Source: Gemmatimonadales bacterium
Lineage (GTDB): Bacteria; Gemmatimonadota; Gemmatimonadetes; Gemmatimonadales; GWC2-71-9
Reading direction: 5' to 3'
Assembly: GCA_965249575.1 (NCBI GenBank)
Contig: OZ252244.1
Location: 2,976,001-3,040,000, forward strand
DNA length: 64,000 nucleotides
A program made the position numbers and the translations under genes. Shown piece by piece: positions 57,894 through 64,000 of the stretch; positions within the stretch are counted from its first letter, which is position 1; every line of letters starts with the position of its first letter. Under the pieces are notes generated by a model. The model worked only from the letters and a program-made list of their open reading frames with translations. It was not told where the DNA came from and did no database searches.

Positions 57894-59210
57894 ATGTCCA
57901 GCCGCCGCGACTTTTTCCGCTCGATGTTTGGTGCCGCCGCCGTGACGCTGCCGGCCCTTCGAAACGACGGCGTCGAGCGCATTCTGTCCGCGACGTCCGG
58001 CGTCGCCGGGCGGTCCCCATATGACGTCGCGCGGGACGAGGACTTCTGGTTTCAGGTGCAGCAGGCCTTCACGGTGGACCGGAGTATCATCAACCTCAAC
58101 AACGGTGGGGTGTCGCCGAGTCCTAAGGTTGTGCAGGACGCCATGCGCCGGTACCTCGACTACTCGAACCAGGCGCCGGCGTACACGATGTGGGAGGTGC
58201 TCGAGCCGGAAGTCGAGAGCGTGCGCCGCCGGCTGGCCGAGACGTTTGGCTGCGATACGGAGGAGATGGCGATCACCCGGAATGCCAGTGAGGCGCTGGA
58301 GATCTGCCAACTGGGCATCGACCTAAAACCCGGGGACGAGATCCTGACCACCGATCAGGATTACGGTCGGATGCTCACGACCTGGGGCCAGCGGGAGCGG
58401 CGAGAGGGGATCACCATCAACACGATTTCCTTTCCCACGCCGCCGCCCAGCATGCAGTTCCTGGTGGACCGATTCGAGGAGGCGATCACGCCAAAGACCC
58501 GGGTCATTCACTTCTGCCACATCACCAACCTCACCGGCCAGATCTTTCCCGTGAAGCAGATTTGCCGTTTGGTTCGATCCCGGGGGATCGAGGCGATCGT
58601 CGACGGAGCGCACGCCTTCGCCCACTTCCCGTTCACCCGGGACGAGCTCGACTGCGACTACTACGGCACCTCGCTGCACAAGTGGCTGCTGGCCCCGCAC
58701 GGGACGGGATTCCTGTACGTCCGGAAATCGAAGATCGAGAAATTATGGCCGTTGATGGCTGCGCCCGAAGACATGGGCGGCGACATCCGGAAGTTCGAGG
58801 AGATTGGCACCCACCCAGCGGCGAACCACAACGCCATCGCCGAGGCGCTCACGTTTCATCACGGGATCGGCGCGAAGCGGAAAGCCGAGCGGCTCCGTTA
58901 TCTACGGGATCGCTGGATGAAACGGCTCGACGGGCAGCCGGGAGTGAAGATCAACACGAGCTACGACCCGGTGCAGTCCTGCGCGCTCGCCAACATCGGG
59001 CTCGAGGGAACCGAGCCCGCGGCAATAACGAAGCACATGTGGGAGAAGTGGCGGATCATGGTCACGCCGATCAACCACGAGACGTGCCCGGGCGTTCGCG
59101 TCACACCCAACGTCTACACGACGCTGAATGAGGTGGACTTCTTTACGGAGGCGATGGAGAAGGTCGTGCGAAAGGGATTGCCGGAGGGAAAAGAAGTGGA
59201 AGAGGTGTGA
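57894..59210 (+). CDS. Class V PLP-dependent aminotransferase-fold enzyme with twin-arginine-like N-terminus
   Basis: SRRDFFR, INLNNGG, TRNASE, VDGAH and SLHKWL. Confidence 0.9.
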   Translation: MSSRRDFFRSMFGAAAVTLPALRNDGVERILSATSGVAGRSPYDVARDEDFWFQVQQAFTVDRSIINLNNGGVSPSPKVVQDAMRRYLDYSNQAPAYTMWEVLEPEVESVRRRLAETFGCDTEEMAITRNASEALEICQLGIDLKPGDEILTTDQDYGRMLTTWGQRERREGITINTISFPTPPPSMQFLVDRFEEAITPKTRVIHFCHITNLTGQIFPVKQICRLVRSRGIEAIVDGAHAFAHFPFTRDELDCDYYGTSLHKWLLAPHGTGFLYVRKSKIEKLWPLMAAPEDMGGDIRKFEEIGTHPAANHNAIAEALTFHHGIGAKRKAERLRYLRDRWMKRLDGQPGVKINTSYDPVQSCALANIGLEGTEPAAITKHMWEKWRIMVTPINHETCPGVRVTPNVYTTLNEVDFFTEAMEKVVRKGLPEGKEVEEV

Positions 59211-59237
59211 GGTGGAGGGTGGGGCGGGCTCCCTACC

Positions 59238-59666
59238 TTACTTCCCCTCTGCCAACGCCATCAGCCCCTCCCGCCCCACGGCGCCGACGACGGTCTTCAC
59301 CATCTCTCCCTTCTCGAACCGTCCGAAATAGGGAATCGATCGAATGCCATAGCGCTGAGTCACGGTCGGGGACCGGTCGGTGTCGACCTTGGCGACGAGG
59401 AGCTCGCCGGTCCGCGCCTGCGCGATCTCGTCGAGGATGGGAGCCATGATCTTGCACGGGCCGCACCAGTCGGCGTAGAAGTCGACCAGTACGGGGACGT
59501 CGGAGCCCAGCACCGTGGTGTCGAAATGCTCGTCGGTCACCTTGATGGGACGGTCCAGCAGGAAGGGCGTTCCGCACTTCGCGCATTTGGGTCCCTGTCC
59601 CTGGCGAGACAGGTCTACCTTGTTGAGGGTGTCGCAGAATTGACACGCCAGCGTCGCGTTGGGCAC
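59238..59666 (-). CDS. trxC: Thioredoxin 2 (zinc-finger thioredoxin)
   Basis: CQFC...CAKC zinc finger plus DFYADWCGPC and IRSIP. Confidence 0.92.
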   Translation of the reverse strand: MPNATLACQFCDTLNKVDLSRQGQGPKCAKCGTPFLLDRPIKVTDEHFDTTVLGSDVPVLVDFYADWCGPCKIMAPILDEIAQARTGELLVAKVDTDRSPTVTQRYGIRSIPYFGRFEKGEMVKTVVGAVGREGLMALAEGK

Positions 59667-59680
59667 GGATCCGGGCTCCC

Positions 59681-60436
59681 CTACTGCTCCAGCACCTCAA
59701 CCATGATGACTTGGATGGCCGGAATCGTGAACGTCGTCTGCGGCTGACTGTAGGTGGGGGCGCCGCTCCCCCGATCCAATGCGGCGTCGAAATCGTAGCT
59801 CCCGGTCATGGTACCGATGGCGACCTCACACCCTACGTCCACGGTGGCGCCCGCGGAGGTAGCACACATCGCCGGCGCATCGAAGGTGAGTTGATCGACG
59901 GTGAAAGCCCCGCTCGTTCCGACGTAGAACGACTGGGTCGCGCGCTCGTGGTAGACCGCCTGGCCCACGAATTCGCTCGTGGACTGTCCGATCTGACCGG
60001 TGCCGGTGCTGACCACGTTGGGCCCCACTCCCTCCAATCCAACCGTGAACGCTTCGGCTGCGGTCGCCGCCCCGACGTTGAGGCCGATCCAGCCCACGAC
60101 GCCGGTGTACCAGCCGATGTCCCGTCCGCCCTCGATCAGGTCGTCGGGGAAGGCCCACGCGATCTGGACGCCCACCGCGTCGAACCCGTTGAGTTGCTGA
60201 GTTTCGACGGTCTGGGCGAAGGCGAGGTTGCCGAAGCCACCCGCCCTCCCGGCCAGAATCCCGGCGTCAACGAGCGCCCTACCAATGGCTTCCTGCTCGG
60301 CCGTGAGTACCGGAGGGTTGTCCACGACGCCGTTGATCACGTCGTTGCCGCAACTCGAGGTGAGGAGGATGGCGCCAGCGGCGAGCAACGGGATCCTCCA
60401 TCCGTGTAGTACACCATTCCTGCCGAAAGTCGTCAT
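59681..60436 (-). CDS. Lipoprotein of unknown function (paralog 1)
   Basis: Lipobox LLTSSC; beta-rich; paralogous to 60507..61246. Confidence 0.75.
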   Translation of the reverse strand: MTTFGRNGVLHGWRIPLLAAGAILLTSSCGNDVINGVVDNPPVLTAEQEAIGRALVDAGILAGRAGGFGNLAFAQTVETQQLNGFDAVGVQIAWAFPDDLIEGGRDIGWYTGVVGWIGLNVGAATAAEAFTVGLEGVGPNVVSTGTGQIGQSTSEFVGQAVYHERATQSFYVGTSGAFTVDQLTFDAPAMCATSAGATVDVGCEVAIGTMTGSYDFDAALDRGSGAPTYSQPQTTFTIPAIQVIMVEVLEQ

Positions 60437-60506
60437 AACCGCCTGGTTCCCGGGCTTAGCTGAGTGGTTCTGAGTGCCCCTTGATGAATCGTTCGATGAA
60501 TCCCTC

Positions 60507-61246
60507 TTACAGGTCCGTCACCTGGACGCGAATCGCCGGCAGGTCGAAAGCCGTCTGCGGCTGACTATATGTGGGCGGCCCGGTGCCGCCGCTCAACTCC
60601 GCGTCGAAATCGTAGCTACCGCCCATGGTCCCGACCGCGACGGTGCAGTCGATTACTATAGAGACCCCACCCTCTGTTGCGCAGGTTTCGGGGGGTCCGA
60701 ATGCGGCGTCGTCGATCGTGAAGGTCCCGGTCCTTCCGACATAAAACGCGTTGTTCGCCCGCTCGATGTAGAGGGCGATGGCGCCAAAACTCCCGGTGTG
60801 CTGCCCGACCTGGCCAGTACCGGTGGTCATGACGTTCAGCCCCTCGCCCTCGAGCCCGATCGTAAACGCCTCGTCCGCGGTCTCCGGCGCGATGTTGAGC
60901 CCGATCCAGCCGACGACACCCGTGAACCAGCCTATGTCAGTACCTTGGCCCCCCGACAGCTCCACGCCACCTGGATTGCGAACGACTCGAACCCGTTCAG
61001 CTGCTGCCGCTCGGCGACCTGGGCGGGCGCGAGAATATTGAACCCCCCGACCGCGCCGGACAGGATGCCCGCGTTGGCGAGCGCCTCGGCGATGGCCTGT
61101 TGCTCGGTTGTAAGGGCGGGCGGGCCCGTTGGGCCGGTGCCGCCTATGTCGCCGCCGCATCCGGATGCGAGTAGCATAGCGCCGGCGGCGAGAAGGAGTA
61201 CGCTGTCCCTCGCGGCGACGGCGCCACGTTTAGCCCCGTTCATCAC
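60507..61246 (-). CDS. Lipoprotein of unknown function (paralog 2); frameshift near 60960
   Basis: Lipobox LLASGC; shares QQLNGF, DIGW.TGVVGWIGLN, GTM.GSYDFDA and TYSQPQT with paralog 1. Confidence 0.72.
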
Positions 61247-61297
61247 TGCCTGTGTCCAAAGCCTTTCAGTGAGCCAATCTAGGGGGTTCCGGTCGGA

Positions 61298-64000
61298 CTA
61301 TAATCGCGGTGAACCAGCCGGGCTAGCCCCTCCCGGCCGTGCCCCCACCCACCCAGTTCGGAGTCCCCACCCAATCCTTCCCTGCCGAGTGAGGAGTAAG
61401 GGGGCCACGCCCAACCCCACCCGCCGAGTGAGGAGTAAGGAGGTCCGCCCCCGTTGCGCCCCGCCCTGGAGGTCGGTGAAGGCGTCCCCATTCTGGGTCG
61501 TAGGTGGCTCGGGGATGGGCGTGGCGCGGTTCAAGTTGACCGTCAACTGATCGCCGGAGCCGTCGTCTTCGACCCGGATGTATAACCCGGCGTCCGGGGG
61601 CGGCCCGAGGTCCAAGAGCGTCTGGAACCGGATATCCTTGAAGTCGAGGGTGCCCCCCAGGGGGACACCCGGGTGCTGCACCCAGAACTGGAGGTCGCTC
61701 AAGCCGTAGGAGCCGAACGTGACGTTGTCGAAGTTCGCGAGCGCACTGGAGTTCGTGGTCCAGTACCGGAAGAGCACGCGGTTGTCGAGCGTCAGGCCGT
61801 CGACGTCGACCTCGCCTACCTGGAACGTGAACCCGCCGCCGCCGGTCGCGTCGAGGATGGTGTTGGCGCCGGGGGCTGGAACCGAGGTAAAGATACCTGC
61901 GACCTCGACGTTGCTCGCGATGCGCACGCCGTTCACGGCGCCCGTGACGTCCAGGTTCTGGAAGTGCGAGACCGCGGGATCGGTGAAGCTCACGTTTTGC
62001 ACCGTGCCGGCCAGGCCGTTCAGGACCACGGTGTGGTTGCCGGAGGCGAAGAAGCTGCCGGTGGCGGGGCCGAACTGGCCGAAGTCACCGCCGATCTCGA
62101 GCACGCCGGTCGTCAAGAACGGGCCGGTGCTCGCGCCGGCAAAGACTGCGTCGCCGTCCACGAACAGCACGCCGGTCTGGCTCTGCATGACGAGCACGCC
62201 GCCGAACGTCGTGGACAGGTTGCCGAGCACCGTCACGACGTTGCTCCCGAGCGAGAGCTGGGTACCGGCCGGCCCCGAGATCACGACGTCGCCAGAAATC
62301 GTGGCGTCTCCCACGAATCCCGCTGTCGCTAGGGTTGTCCCCTCGCCTACGATGACCGTCTGATAGGCCGGCGCCGCCGGGATGGTCTGCCCCGCCCCGT
62401 TGAACGTCGTGGTAACGGGTGAGAACGCCGGCAATCCGGCGCCCGAGAGCGTACCGCCCAGGAAGATCCCCGCCGCGCTCACGCTCCCGAGACCCTCGAC
62501 GACGATGTCACCGGGAACTCGGGCAACGGATCCATCGAGATCACCGTCGGTCACGGTGAGCGTGCCGGTCACGTGGATCAGGGACAGGATGCTCGCTCCG
62601 TCGGGATTGTCCAGCTCGAGTCCTGGAAGCGGGAGAGGTTCGCGCCGGGTGTCTGGAACGAGACGATCTGCCCGCCCCCCGAGCCGCCGAGCAGCACGGC
62701 GGTGCCGGTGGAGGCAAACGACGCCGGGCTGGTGCTCGCGACCTGATTGAAGCTGGCGCCGACCTGGATCAGGCCCTGCTCCAGGACCCCGTTGGTGCTC
62801 GCACCGTCGAACGTGGCGGTGCTGCCCACGATCAAGAAGTCGCTCGGATCTGTCATCGTGATCAGGGCGTCGGTGTCCACGGTGAAGCCGAACTGCACGT
62901 CGAGGGTCTGGCCGTTCAGCACCAGGTCCGTGCCGGCGCCCGAGAACGTCGCGTTGCCGTCGACCGTCGTGGTCTCCTGGAGCGGGAACGACCCGCCGCC
63001 TGAGACGACCAGGTCGGTGAAGATCGTGGGAGCGCCCGGCCCGAACGTGGCCTGGCCGAGCACGTCGACGTTGTCGTACGGCAACGAGGCGGGGATGACC
63101 TGTGATTGGCCTCCGGTGAAGGTCGTATTGGTCACACCGTAAAAGCCACCGATGCTCAAGGTCCCGCCGACCGAGAGGCCGGTGATCCCCATCGAGCTGC
63201 TCGCGGTCGTGGCGACATCGCCGAGGACCGTGAGGGTCTGGCTCGGACCCTCGAAGATGGGTACCGACTGGAGCACCGTGAAGTCGCCGTCCACCTGCAC
63301 GTCGGAGACGAGCTGGAGCCCGCCGACGTTATCGACGTCCACGTCGAAGAAGGACGAGCCTCCGAGTCCGGGCGTGGCGAAGTCCACGTTCTGCGCGCTC
63401 GAACCGCTGAACACCACCGCCGTTCCCGTGGAAAGGAAGGACTCATCGCTGGTGCTGTTACTCTGCGTGAAGAACGTGCCCTGAAACTCGATCAGGCCGT
63501 CCGTGAGCGTCTCCGTGCTAGCACCGGCCGAGACCGTGAGATCGTTGGTGGAGACGTTGGCGCTCAACACCGGATCGCCCGGGGTTCCGGCCGGAATGCT
63601 CACATCGTCACTCGACGTCGGCACGCCGGTGGGAACCCAGTTGCCCGCCGTCGACCAGTCGGTCGAGGTCGCGCCGGTCCAAACCTTGGTGGGGATGGAG
63701 GCGGTGAGGATATCGAACGTGGCGCTCGTGTCGGCCGAGAGGCCGGTGGCCGTTGCCTCGAGCGTGTAGCCGGTGCCGACATTGTCGATGCTCAGGTCGT
63801 TGAAGGTGGCGATGCCCGCCACCGCCCCCGCGGAGGTCGTCCCCGACAGGGTTCCGAGCGCCGGGTTGTCGGCGATCGCGATTGTGACGGCATCGATCGC
63901 GGTCAGAACGGTGCCGCCCGTCGAGTCCTGAATGGCCACCGTGACCGCGGGCGAGATCGTGTCCCCGGCGACCGTGGTCGACGGCTGGCCGACGAACGCG
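61298..64000 (-). CDS. 3' part of a large Gly/Thr/Ser-rich surface protein (Ig-like domain + repeated beta-solenoid modules); 5' end outside the window, frameshift near 62620, true stop uncertain
   Basis: Frame is open to the window edge (AFVGQPSTTVAGDTISPAVTVAIQD); WTGATSTDWSTAGNW motif; three repeats of GAST...L..G...F.Q...SF...G..V...G...Q.V.F..P...S.F. Confidence 0.8.
61368..61443. repeat. Two further copies of the GCCGAGTGAGGAGTAAGG repeat
   Basis: 61368-61401 matches the reverse complement of 57767-57800 at 32/34; 61421-61443 matches the reverse complement of 57764-57786 at 23/23. Confidence 0.85.

Overview
GC-rich bacterial chromosomal window. The style of the lipoproteins and Ig-like repeats suggests Gemmatimonadota, but that is inference only. 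The first ~7.7 kb is a patchwork of small or orphan genes, a methyltransferase plus sodium:solute symporter pair and an atypical tRNA-Leu(CAG). The rest is mostly housekeeping: queE-queC/queF, rmuC, DinB, DUF4139, hpt, an AddAB-type helicase-nuclease pair, an amino-acid dehydrogenase, an Omp85/PD40 protein, an ABC/FtsX/CrtC-like operon, osmC, a Ca2+/H+ antiporter, xdhC-mocA-moaA, pntA1-A2-B, arfB, acnA, glk-tkt-tal-zwf, SURF1, a class V aminotransferase, trxC, two paralogous lipoproteins and the 3' part of a large repetitive surface protein. About a dozen frameshifts or in-frame stops fall in otherwise intact genes and look more like consensus errors than biology. The most notable observation is a well-formed SAM-II-type riboswitch pseudoknot, with its own sigma70-type promoter, directly in front of moaA, a SAM-consuming Moco biosynthesis gene rather than a Met/SAM synthesis gene. 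Also notable are a tRNA-Leu(CAG) with U37/G38 and G73, several heptamer repeat tracts, a dispersed GAGTGAGGAG repeat family that runs into gene ends, and an SGNH-like lipoprotein lacking both expected catalytic residues. No CRISPR array, rRNA, integrase or transposase was seen. All calls were made by eye; no database searches were run.
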